Positions 51,040 to 63,169 of a stretch of 64,000 bases of DNA are shown piece by piece (the first letter of the stretch is position 1; each line of letters opens with the position of its first letter). The DNA comes from Chiloscyllium plagiosum (taxonomy: Eukaryota): positions 10,785,497 to 10,849,496 of the forward strand of contig NC_057755.1 of NCBI RefSeq assembly GCF_004010195.1. Reading direction: 5' to 3'. The position numbers and the translations under genes were made by a program. Below the pieces are notes generated by a model. It did not search any database, was not told where the DNA came from, and saw only the letters and a list, made by a program, of their open reading frames with translations.

Positions 51040-52897
51040 ACATAGCTACAGCAAAGATGGCCTTTCATAGAGTCAGGTGCTCTTCCTTTGGGATGTGGGA
51101 GTTCAGGAAGAGTTTCCATGTTACTGATGATTATGTCTGGAAGAAGTGTCTTTGGTTGCAAATTCTAATAGATCAGATGGATTGGTTGGAGCGGCAGTTA
51201 GAAGCGATGATGAATTTACAGAAGCTAGGGGCTATGGTGGAGGGCAGTTATAGGAAGGGAGAAAAAACACAGATGCAGTCAGGTGAGTGGGTTACCTCCA
51301 GGAAAGGTAGGAGAGGGTGGCAGGTACTATGGGAGTTTCCTGTGGCTATCCCCATCTCAAACAAATATGCTGGTTTGGAAAATTTGGGGGTTGCATGAAC
51401 AACCAACATTTTGGTACTGAGAATGTCTCTAATGTATCAAGGGGCACGTCAGGTTCCAAACAATTGACTGTGATAAGGGACTCCCTACTCAGAGGCACAG
51501 ACAGACATTTCTGCAGCCAGCTGTGAGAAATCAGAATGGTGTGTTTCCGCATCATTCCAGGATCAATGGAGAGGGTGCAGAATGTTCTCAGAGGGGAGAG
51601 AGACAAGCAGGAGGTCAATGTACACATTGGAACTAAATATGTAGGAAGGGAAAAGGATGAGATTCTGAAGAGGGAATATAGAAAGTTAAGCAGGAATTTA
51701 AAAAGGAAGTCCTTGAGGGTAGGAATATCTGGATTACTCCCAGCGCAACAAGTTAGTGAGGTAGGAATAGAAGATTGGAGCAGATGAATGCATGGCTGAT
51801 GAGCTGGTATATGGAAGAAGAGTTAACATTTTTGGATCATTGGAATCTCTTCTGGGGTATAACTGACCTGCACAAGAAGGACAGATTGCGCCTAAATTGG
51901 AAGGGGACGAATATACTGGCAGGAAATTTGCAAGAGCTGCTCGGGAGGATTTAAACTAGTAAGGTGGAGGGGTGGGACCCAGGGAGATAGTGAGGAAAGA
52001 GATCAATCTGAGACTGGTACAGTTGGGAATAGGAGCAAGTCACACAGTCAGGAATGATATGAACAAAGCAGGGAAGAAGGTAGGACTGATAAATTAAACT
52101 GCACTTGCTTCAATACAAGAGGCCGAATAGGGAAGGCAGAGGAACTCAGTGCATGGTTAAGAGCATAGGACCCAGATATCGTAGCAATTACATAGATGTG
52201 GTTCAAGGATAGACAGGACTGTCAGCTTAATGTTCCAGGATACAAATGCTTTAGGAAGGATCGAAACGAGGGCAAAAGAGAAGGGGGAGTGGCGTTTGCG
52301 ATAAGGGATAGCATTATGGCTGTACTGACAGAGGGTATTCCCGGAAATGAATCCAGAGAAGTTATTTGGGTGCAACTAAGAAATAAGAAAGGGATGATCA
52401 CATTATTGGGATAGTACTATAGAACCCCGAATAGGCAGTAGGAAATTGAGATACAAATTTGTAAGGAGACTCAGTTATCTGTAAGAATAATAGGGTTGTT
52501 ATGGTAGGAGATATTAACTTTCCAAACATAAATTGGGATATAGTGCTAAGCGTTTAGATGGAGAGGAACGAAAAAAATCTGAGTAAATATGTGAATGTAT
52601 CTATGAGAGAAGGTGCAAAACTTGACCTACTCTTGGCAGATAAGGCAGCGCAGGTGACTGAGATATCAGTGGGGGAGCACTTTGGGGCCAGAGACCATAA
52701 TTTTATTAAGTTTAAAATAGTGATAGAAAAGGATAGACCAGATCTAAAAGTTGAAGTTCTAAATTGGAGGAAGACCAATTTTTATGGAAGTAGAAAAGAA
52801 CTTTCAAAAGCCGATTGGGGGTAGATTTTCGCAGGAAAAGGGACGGCTGGAAAATGGGAAGCCTTCAGAAATGAGATAACGAGAATCCAGAGAAAGT
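51040..52897 (+). mobile_element. CR1 LINE 5' half (ORF1 zinc finger/leucine zipper/esterase and ORF2 endonuclease), running into the gap
   Basis: VRCSSFGMWE...KKCLWLQIL...IPISNKY; GYKCFRKDR...GGVA; GARDHN. Confidence 0.9.
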
Positions 52898-53814
52898 NNN
52901 NNNNNNNNNNNNNNNNNNNNNNNNNNNNNNNNNNNNNNNNNNNNNNNNNNNNNNNNNNNNNNNNNNNNNNNNNNNNNNNNNNNNNNNNNNNNNNNNNNNN
53001 NNNNNNNNNNNNNNNNNNNNNNNNNNNNNNNNNNNNNNNNNNNNNNNNNNNNNNNNNNNNNNNNNNNNNNNNNNNNNNNNNNNNNNNNNNNNNNNNNNNN
53101 NNNNNNNNNNNNNNNNNNNNNNNNNNNNNNNNNNNNNNNNNNNNNNNNNNNNNNNNNNNNNNNNNNNNNNNNNNNNNNNNNNNNNNNNNNNNNNNNNNNN
53201 NNNNNNNNNNNNNNNNNNNNNNNNNNNNNNNNNNNNNNNNNNNNNNNNNNNNNNNNNNNNNNNNNNNNNNNNNNNNNNNNNNNNNNNNNNNNNNNNNNNN
53301 NNNNNNNNNNNNNNNNNNNNNNNNNNNNNNNNNNNNNNNNNNNNNNNNNNNNNNNNNNNNNNNNNNNNNNNNNNNNNNNNNNNNNNNNNNNNNNNNNNNN
53401 NNNNNNNNNNNNNNNNNNNNNNNNNNNNNNNNNNNNNNNNNNNNNNNNNNNNNNNNNNNNNNNNNNNNNNNNNNNNNNNNNNNNNNNNNNNNNNNNNNNN
53501 NNNNNNNNNNNNNNNNNNNNNNNNNNNNNNNNNNNNNNNNNNNNNNNNNNNNNNNNNNNNNNNNNNNNNNNNNNNNNNNNNNNNNNNNNNNNNNNNNNNN
53601 NNNNNNNNNNNNNNNNNNNNNNNNNNNNNNNNNNNNNNNNNNNNNNNNNNNNNNNNNNNNNNNNNNNNNNNNNNNNNNNNNNNNNNNNNNNNNNNNNNNN
53701 NNNNNNNNNNNNNNNNNNNNNNNNNNNNNNNNNNNNNNNNNNNNNNNNNNNNNNNNNNNNNNNNNNNNNNNNNNNNNNNNNNNNNNNNNNNNNNNNNNNN
53801 NNNNNNNNNNNNNN
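52898..53814. other. Assembly gap (917 N)
   Basis: Run of n. Confidence 1.
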
Positions 53815-55380
53815 AATAATAACACATTCCCGGAGACCTGACCCTCTGACAGAGCTGCAATACCTCAGGACTCACCTTCTGATCATATAGTTCTCCCTCA
53901 GTTCTGACCGCATTACATTGAGGTACTGTCTTAGAACGAACCCTCTATCAAAATGGCACTCACGTCGGAGTGAACTTCTGACAATAAGGCACTGCCACAA
54001 TCTTGACCCTCTGATAATGAGGACCTCCCTCAGAACTGACCTTCTGACAATGACGATTTGGAGGTGCAGGTGTTGGACTGGGATGGACAAAGTTAAAAAT
54101 CACAGAACACCAGTTATAGTCCAACAGGTTTATTTGGAAACATTAGATTTCGAAGGGCTGCTTCTTTATCAGTTGATTGTGAACACCCCCTGATGAAGGG
54201 GCAGCACTTTGAAAGCGAGTGCTTCCACATAAACCTGTTGGATTATGACTTGGAGTAGTGTGATTTTTAACTTCTGACAATGAGGCAACACTTCTGTATT
54301 GACCCTCTGATTAAGCAGCAATACCCCAGTTCTGATCATCTAATTAAGAGGCACACCCTCAACTCTGACCTGCTGAAATGAGGCACTCCGTAAGGACTGA
54401 CCCTGCAACAATGAGGGTTTCCATCAGGACTGACTCTGACAACAGGGCCCTGCCTCAGGACTGAGCCTCTGGCTATCAGCTACGGCTTCAGCATTGACTC
54501 TCTGACAGTGCTGCAATACCTCAGTACTGAGCCTTTAAATATGCAGCATTCCTTCATTTCTGACCCCATTACAGTAAGGCACTGCCTCAGAACAGATTGT
54601 CTGACAATGACAATGATGCACTTAGGAATGAGCCTTTGACAATAAGGTACTCCCTCCGTATTGATGGTGAGGGCTCCCACAGTAATAGCTCTCTCACTGT
54701 GCAACACTATCAGTACTGAACCTCTCAACACAGTTATGATCGCCATGCAATGAGGCAGCGGCTCGGTATTGACCCTCTGACAAAAGGACACTGCCTCAGA
54801 ATGTCCCTGTGACAAAGAGGCATTCCCTCAGAACTTACCCATGATAGAATAGCTCAGTACGTAACCAGCAATGACGTCTCACGTCCTCAATTCAGAATCC
54901 TGGATTATAAGGCACTGCCTCAGGATGGATGTTCTGATAATAACACATTCCCACAATTCTGTCCTCACAGAATTGTTAGTGGGGTCACACCCTCCGTGTT
55001 CAAGCTCTCACAGTTCGTCAGTCCCTCAGTACTGACCCTCTGATAGACCTACGATTTCTCAGTACTGACCCTCTAATCGTGTGGCAGTCTCTCAATTCTG
55101 GTGCTAATGCAATGAGGCACTGCCTCAGTATTGACCCATTTAGTGCTACATTGCACCAATTCTCCCATTATCTGAGATACTGAAGCACTGTCAGATGGTC
55201 AAAACTGTGGTATGCATCACAGTGAGCTAGTCAATACTGAGGCAGTACTTTATTATAAGAGGTTTAGAACTGCGGGAGTGTCAAATGATTTTGGGGTGAG
55301 TACTAGGGTATTGCAGCACTAAATGGCAGAATTGGTGCAGTGTAGTGCTGAGTAGGAGAATTGCGGCAGGACAATACTGA
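53815..55380. repeat. Degenerate ~33-bp satellite (ctcagtactgaccctctgacaatgaggcactgc) switching orientation near 55170; contains a palindromic element at 54054-54272
   Basis: Repeated ctgaccctctgaca / gcactgcctcag motifs; reverse-complement motifs after ~55180. Confidence 0.85.
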
Positions 55381-56101
55381 ATGAGAGAATTAGAGCGTAG
55401 CACCCCTAAATGGGAGATTCAGCAAATGGGGGAATTGGTGTTGGAAAGCAATAAACTGGACAGTTGGTGCAGGGCATCAATAAATGAGAGGGTTGGTGCC
55501 AGTAACTCTCAGAGCAAAGTCTCATCTCAAAGAAGCACTGCGACACCTCATGTACATGTAGCAGTACCGCTCCTTTCAGAATATCTTTATTCCATCATGT
55601 ATCAACACACAAACGTCACCAGAGAACCACATCTAGATATCTGTAGCTGGGCATTAGTACCAGACCAGCATGTTTTCTCTGATGTATCCACAGGGCACCA
55701 GCATTAATGAGCTGATATTAGTACATCTCATGTTAATGAGATCCTCCTCCTCATATCCAAGTAGTAAGGTCACATCGACTGACAGCGTAGGATGTCGTGA
55801 GTACTAGAGCATGGCCACCTTCATTATTTGTGTAGCACCAGTAGTATGGGATTAACATGGTCAGACGTGATTTATACCAGCAATGGGACAAAAACAGCAG
55901 GGTTAGATACATCATAGGTTCAAGTGTCAATTGTACTGGAGATGACCCCTGTGACAAATGTAAGGTACTGAGAGATGGACACGGTCAGCTCAAGTTTAAG
56001 TGAAGCATATCATTAACCAGAGGACCTCAGTTATTGTGGGATCGAGTTCATCACACGTTTGGTAAATTTTACATCACTACCTGGTCTGAAACCGTCTCCT
56101 C

Positions 56102-56187
56102 ACTTGGAATGTGGCATCTCCAGGTTGTAAGGATGAGGCTTCGTACTTGGAATGTGGCATCTCCAGGTTGTAAGGATGAGGCTTCGT
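56102..56187. repeat. Exact 43-bp tandem duplication
   Basis: ACTTGGAATGTGGCATCTCCAGGTTGTAAGGATGAGGCTTCGT x2. Confidence 0.97.
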
Positions 56188-57076
56188 GTAGCTGCCGTTA
56201 GCAGTTCTTAAGGAACAGGTTTAGCAACTGCACAGGGTGATTTGATTTGTTCAGTAAACACTGTTGTAATATTGTTTTCTACAATCTGATAGTTCAAACA
56301 TAACAACCTACCGAAGTCCACGTGTTGTACAGTTGCATTTAGCACCAACTGCAATTTTAAATGATTGACTCTCTGGAAGATTGAAGGATCCATGATTACA
56401 GATTTCCCCATCATTCCAGTCATGTATCATCCAGTCCATACCGAACATAATCCCAATCTAAACTAGACCCACCTGTCTGCTCTTGGCCCATATCCCTCCA
56501 AACGTTTCCTATTCATGTTTCTAGAGAAAGTGAGGACTGCAGATGCTGAAGTACCAGAGTTGAAAGAAGGGTTTATGCCCAAAACGTCGATTCTCCTGCT
56601 CCTCGGATGCTGCCTGGCCTGCTGTGTTTTGCCAGCACCACATTTTTTCAACTCTATTCATGCTTCTATCCAAATTTCATTTTTTGCTCAGGCCTTGCTG
56701 TATCAGGTTCATGGACTGCTTCACAATCTGAGGAGTCTGAGGCAGTGGTATAAGTGTCAAGTTTTAAAAACCCTAGTCAAATCTAGTTAAAGTTGAGCAA
56801 CTTGTTTGGGTGAAACATGTATTGTTCAGACTCTTTGCAAACATTCCAGGGAGGGGCAAGTTTAAATTTTGAAATGAGATGTATGTTTTCACATGGACCA
56901 AGGTGCATGATAATTGAACAGTAAATGATTGAAGTCGTATACCTGGCAGTATGTGACAAAGCTAAGCTAACTGATGCAAAATTTAAACTGCTACCTCAAT
57001 TTGGATTGCTGTGTGGCCTAGGAAACTTGACATTTCAAAAAATTCAATCTGTGTTCATATTTTACATTGTTATTTG

Positions 57077-57370
57077 GGGCAGCACGGTGGCTCAGTGGTT
57101 ATCACTGCTACCACCAGGGTCTCAGGTTCGATTCCAGCCTCAGACGACTGTTTGTGTGGAGTTTGCACATTCTCCCCGTGTCTGCCTGGGTTTCCTCCAA
57201 GTGCTCTGGTTTCCTCCCACAGCCCAAAGATGAGCCGGTCAGGTGAATTGGCCCTGCTAAATTGCATAGGTGCATTAGTCAGAGCGAAATGGGCCTGGGT
57301 GGATTACTCTTCAGACGGTCTGTGTGAACTTGTGGGGTTGAAGGGCCTGCTTCCACACTGGAGGGAATCG
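57077..57370 (+). mobile_element. HE1-type SINE
   Basis: Family head and core. Confidence 0.85.
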
Positions 57371-57389
57371 GATCATTGCTGTCATTTCA

Positions 57390-57849
57390 CTATGTTCAGA
57401 GAGTCGTCAGATCCAGGAATTATGTTATAAATGAAATTTATGACATTTACAGACCACAAAATTACAAAGCTGCCAGAAATGGTAAAGAGTAAAATCATAG
57501 GCCACTTTCTGCTCGCCTGCACTCGGTCACTGTGATTCTTCCCCTTGCTCTGTCCCATCAGGCCCTTCTCGACTTGACTGGCGACTATAATGTGTCTGAC
57601 TGTCAGAACTTTGAGCAACAGAATTAGAACGAATGGCAGTAATGGAAAACATTCTGTAATGAAACATTTAAATCCCAGCTGGGCTCACTGTAACAACTCG
57701 GCTTTGGAACACAGAGCCATGGGAGGTTGTACAGTATTGTATAAGGTTTAAATCTGAAGTCGAAAGAAATACGCATTAAACAGATCAGAGTGCAGGTTGT
57801 TGGTAGAATTACAATGGCATTTCTCTTTGTACAATATTTAAGTTTCAGT
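57390..57849 (-). pseudogene. Truncated GPR139-like fragment (ICL2 to ECL3), close paralogue of ~59070-59519
   Basis: Direct nucleotide similarity to the intact gene; ORF 57382-57618 LTVRHIIVASQV...ILLFTISGSFVILWSVNVINFIYN; indels; no 5' half. Confidence 0.88.
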
Positions 57850-58900
57850 GTGCAACTATACTGTATAGAACTAAATTAATGTTAGAGTTGATAATCATGG
57901 TGAGTTTAACATACTCATCTTTAACTATAAATTTCCAGAAGTTCTTTTGTATGGATTTCTGTTTCTATTTCTTGAATTGATAGCAAGGATGTGGGAATAG
58001 AATGAGAAAAGTTCGAGATAAGATGTGGTGGGATTAGCGTTTCAAATCATCTTTCAGATCCTGAGTTGCAAAGTGGTGTGTTGTTGAAGTTGAGAAAGTT
58101 TCAAATGGAAGTCTCATTGAGTAGTGGTCACCTCTTTTACTAATAAAAAAAGGAAATTACTGCAGGTGTTGGAAGCTGAAACCAAAAGAGAAAATACTGG
58201 AAAATCCTAGCAGGTCTGGTAACATCTGCAAGGAGAGAAAAGAACTGACGTTTCGGGTCTAACTGATCTTTTCTCAAAGCTGTGACAAAGAGTCAGTTAG
58301 ACTCGAAACGTCAGTTCTTTTCTCTCCTTAGAGATGCTGGCAGACCTGCTGAGATTTTCCAGCATTTTCACTTTTGGTTATTATTTATAAGCTTTGTTCA
58401 ATCTGTTAATCTGGAAATAATTACGTCAACTCCACTTACAAAATTAGATCTAGGTCCTTTCACCCTTGTGTTACTTTGTACTTTGGCTGAGAGAGCTCTC
58501 CTGGTTACTTGCAAAGAAGTTTACCTCTTCTAAGCTATAAGACCACAAGAACATAGGAACAGAAATTAGGCCATTTGGCCCATCGCTGATAGGTTTTTCC
58601 CCCTTTCCCCTGTGACCCTTGATCCCTTCGGCAATCAAGAGCTTATCTATCTCCATCTTAAATACATTCAACGACCCGGTCTCCACAGCCCTCGACAGCA
58701 ACGAATTCCACATATTCACCACTCTCTGACTTAAGACGTTTGCTCTTATATCCAATCTAATGGGTCTTCCCTTTACTCTAAGGCTGCACACGTTCCAGTA
58801 GCATCTAATTCAGCCACCCCTCCAACCAGCCAATGGAGATATTTACAAATATCAAGTTAATATACTAAAGCACTATCCATAATTTGGGACAAACATTTGG

Positions 58901-59796
58901 TTAATTATGATGTCGATTTATGTAAAAAGCACATTTCAGTGCTTCCTTGATCTGCTGTCTAAATTTGGATTGTGTCACCCCGTAAATAAACGCATTTGTG
59001 CAGCAACTTAAATTCACCAACATGACTCCGACATGTTCAAATAGGAGTAAAGAATGATCACCATCTGTGGGACCAGTTCCAGGAATAAAGTTATAAATGA
59101 AATTTATCACGTATATGGACCACAGAATTACAAAGCTGCCAGAAATCGTAAAGAGTAAAATTATAGACCTCCTCCGACTCTCCATCTCTGGGTCACTGCG
59201 ATTCACTCCCTTGCTCTGCCCCCTCAGTCCCTTCCGGATTCGACTGGCCACTATAATGTGCCTGACTGTCAGAGCGTTGAGCAGCAGAATGAGAACAAAT
59301 GGTAGTAATGGATTAAATACTGTGAGGAACCATTTAAATCCCATCCAGCTGGGCTCAGTATAGTAGCTCAGCTTTGAAACACAGAGCCATGGTAGATTGT
59401 AAAGTATTGCATAAGGTTTAAATCTAAAGTAGATAGGAACATGCATTAAACAGATCAGGGTGCAGGTTGTTGATAGAATTACAACTGCATTTCTCTTTGT
59501 GCAATATTTAAGTTTCAGTCTCTGGCAGCAAATAATGACAAATCGATCAAAGCTGAAAGTGACCGTAAACCAAATGGAGCAGGTTGTGGCTGCTGTTGAC
59601 AAGACATAGATTATACTGCACATGGGAGTCAAATCCAAGAAAGATAATGGGAAATAATAGGTATTGATGTGCCTCAGTACAACCTCAGTGATGAGAACCA
59701 TCAGATCCGATGCTGCCATAGCCATCAGATAGCAGGTGGTGCAGGAGGACAGGCCACACCTTCCCTGAGACAGGATCATGAGCACCACTAAATTAG
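58901..59796 (-). CDS. GPR139-like exon 2 (TM1 end to C-terminus)
   Basis: ORF 58901-59788 extended to the acceptor at 59797-59798. Confidence 0.95.
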
Positions 59797-62700
59797 CTGC
59801 AGGGGAGAGAAGAGAACATGTTTGAACCTAACATACTATCTGGATTCACTTTGCTACCAAAAAAAGGCTTTAAATTGTTTAAGCATCACATTTAGGGATT
59901 TTTATTCATCTCGGACATGCCTATTCCCAGGTCTAATGAGCCAAGAGTTTATGGGTTAAGCCGTAGTTCACTTCCTGCTTAATAGGTTGGAATGATATTC
60001 CCAACCTCAAATGTAACTAGTCACACACCACCATCTTATAGTCCAACAGATTTCTTTGAAATCACAACCTTTCAGAACACTGCCCCTTTGTCACTTCACC
60101 CAATGAAGGAATAGCCCTTGACCACTTTAACACTAAGATGGGGAGGAATTTCTTCTCTCAGAAGGGTGTGAGTCTTTGGAAATCCTTACTGAAGAGAGCT
60201 TGTGGGGGCAGAGTCCTTGTGTGTATTTAAGGCGGAGACAGATAGATTCTCAATCAGCCAGTGTTTGGGATAAGAGCAGGAAAGTGAGGAATGTCGGATC
60301 ATCGATGATCCTATTGAAAGACACAGTAGGCTCGAGGGGCCGAATGACCTACTCATGTTCCTATTTCTTTTGATCTTAAGACATGAATTTTCAATCAGAG
60401 ATTCCACCTCCCCTGATGCCTCACACTCATTTTACACTAGCAATTGGCACTAGATTAATTTAGAATATTGGTTAGCAGGGACAAGATGGACTGAAGGGTC
60501 AGTTTCTGCGCTGTTCATCTCTATGACTCTATGACCTCGAGCTATTTATTTGTAAATCCTTTACAATGAAGGAAAATACTCAGAGAGCCAGGAATGTGAT
60601 TTTACCAAAAATAGTATGTACTTATAAATAAACGGAAACTCACAACTTGTCAGGGAGCATGAGTTGGGAAAGAAGCTGAGTGAAGCTGTCAGGTTGATAA
60701 CATTTGTGTTTGACTTGGTTCACATCATATTCTACTGAAAGATTAATGAGGTGGATAAGCGAAAAAACGGGTTAGTGGAAATGAAAGTGCCTTAATGAAG
60801 AACAGAGAGTTCTCTGGGTCACTGCCAGTTGGAGCAGGAAAGCCACAGGGACGCCAGGGCAATGGTGCAGCCCATTAGTCACATTACAAAGTGGCATCTT
60901 CAACTCCAGTGAGAAACCCCACCTCTTCATTCCCTGTCAAAGTCAGAGGGTAAAATGTGCCGATACTTTGCTGATCTTTGGTAAGGTGGTCAGTCCAACT
61001 GCATTGAAGGGCAAGAACAGATGGGGAGGGAGTCACAACAGCTCTCTCAGAGAGCGAGAGAGGGAGTGGGGGGCAAAGAGAGAGAGAGAGACGGGTCATT
61101 TCAGGTCACCTGAATTGATTGGATGAAGCTTTCATCAAAGTTGTGACCGAATCCAAATTGGGAGTGTGCAAGGAAACAGACCCTGAGCAGGCAGCTCCGA
61201 CAGTGAAGTGAACAGAGTACAGGTGGATCTCTGTTTAATCTGGATGTCCAATTTAGGTGAGGGGGGGAATGGGGCAGGAGAACATAATGTGGTGGGGCAA
61301 TGAAGCCGGTGAAAACACATCCAGTGTCGCAATACCTCTCCTGAATGCACCCCCCCCCCCCTCAAACAGCACCAAGTTATTTCAGGGTGCTTCTGGAGGA
61401 AGGATAACACACCAGAGCTGATAGGATGGGGAGGAAAGCGTTTGGTCTAAAGTCATAATGAGGATGTTAAATGAGAAGAGAGAGGACGGCAGGATCAAGG
61501 AGTTATACCAGTATCACTTTCCTGAATTTCACTAAAAGACAGGGCAGTAGGAGTATGGAAATAACGAGAATGTTTGAGAACATGAACTTGTGCAGGCGAG
61601 TTTCCTGATTGAAACTCATCTCAGCTTTAAAGAGTCATCCCTCCTCTCTGAGGCTGTACCCTCGGATCCTAGTCTCTGCTACTGGTGAAAACATCTTCTC
61701 CACTTCCACTCTATCCAGGCCTCTCAGTATTCTGTAAATTTCAATCAGATTCCCCACCCCCTCCTCCAATCCTTCTAAACTCCATTGGTGTCCTCATATC
61801 CCCAGAATGGGATACACTTCTCGCTCAGCCTTCTCTGCTCCAAACGAAACAACCTGAGATTATTCAGCCTCTCTCCATCTCTGAATCCATCCCGTGGGGA
61901 GTGGGGGGGGGGGGGCAACATTCTAATGAATCGCTTCTGCACCCAACCCCCACAACCCCCCCTAAAATCCCATGCTTCCTATAGTGTGGGGACCAGAACT
62001 GCACACTGTATTCCAAATGTGGCTTCACCAAGGTCCTGTACAGTTCCAACATCACCTCTCATATCTTATAATCTCAGGTAATGACAACTCTAAACAGATC
62101 GATTCGAAAATATAACAAAGAAATGAGGATGCTGAAGATCTGAAGCAAAAGCAGAAATTGGTAAAGAAACACAGGAGATCTGGCAGTCCTCGTGGATAGA
62201 GAAAGCAGAGTTCATGTTTCACAGATTGTACAGATTGACTTCTGTAGAAGGTACACGAGATGTTGACTCTGCTTTCTCTCCACATTTGCTGCCAGACCTA
62301 CAGAGTTTCTCCAGTAATTTATGTTTCTGATAACCAGGAGAGCTATCAGTGCTGTAAATACATTGACTCAGGCTGATGAGGTATCGGTGCACCGAGATGA
62401 GGCGTGATTGTACTAAACACAATCATGCAAACTACAATCAGAGTGGATAAAATGGGGAGCTTGCCAAAAGCACAGCAGGTCAAGCAGCATCAGAGGAGCA
62501 CGAGAGTTGAAATGTGGTCCTGACTGAAACATTGACCCTCCAGTTCCTCTGATGCTTCCTCACCTCTTGTGTTATATCCACTTTACTGAAAATGACTTTC
62601 TAGCATCTGGAGTGCTCACTATCTCCAAACGACAATCCGACACCCTCTTGCACATGATACAATAAATCAAACACCGGAGTTAACTCAGGTCAATTGACGT

Positions 62701-62885
62701 TCAGAAAATTAAATGATACGAGTGATGCGGTATCTGCATAAAGGTTTGTACGCAGTGTCAGTCCCACAGTAAAAACAGGGGCAGCATACTTACACAGTTT
62801 CTGTGTAAACCCACGTACCTGGAACACCAATAACAGCCAGGATCACATAACATATTCTGTTGGCAACCCGAATTATTCCATGCAT
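58901..62885 (-). CDS. GPR139-like orphan class A GPCR, apparently intact, 320 aa; join(62885-62819, 59796-58901)
   Basis: Exon 1 MHGIIRVANRICYVILAVIGVP ends G|GTACGT; exon 2 follows cccctgcAG and gives ANLVVLMIL... Seven hydrophobic segments; TM1 GVPAN, TM2 AMAASD, TM3 DRF, TM5 PLLP, TM7 NAFIY; 963 nt in frame. Confidence 0.92.
61570..62055 (-). mobile_element. CR1 ORF2 3' fragment in the GPCR intron (another at ~60130-60372 +; one more downstream of the gene at ~58540-58790 -)
   Basis: ORF 61864-62055 LYRTLVKPHLEYSVQFWSPHYRK. Confidence 0.8.
62819..62885 (-). CDS. GPR139-like exon 1 (67 bp, N-terminus and first half of TM1)
   Basis: aaaATG start, phase-1 donor matching exon 2. Confidence 0.85.
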
Positions 62886-63169
62886 TTTCCGAATGCACTA
62901 CTCTACTTCGATGAACAATCTAACTAAATTCAGCTCCAGAGTTAATGAAGCCCATTATCTATACTCTCTGGGAATGTCCACAGGGATATGAGGATTGCAA
63001 CATTTTCAAAGAGTTCTATTTTACAATTTGGGAAAAACAAGTCTGTGTCAAAATACGGTTGCGATAGAATATGTTGTAATGGTGATACTGAGCTGTTAAA
63101 TAATAAAACTGGATAATTTACATGAATTAATGTTTTGTTGATGTTGTAGAAGTATACAATACGTTAGAA

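Noticed and set aside
52782..53875. 347-aa and 336-aa ORFs
   Set aside because: Artefacts of the N gap
53815..55380. CRISPR-like periodicity of ~33 bp
   Set aside because: Vertebrate DNA, degenerate tandem units without unique spacers, no cas genes
58280..58315. Active hammerhead at the centre of the 58165-58378 palindrome
   Set aside because: Stem II and GAAACGTC are present but the CUGANGA core reads TGTGACAA, so it is likely inactive
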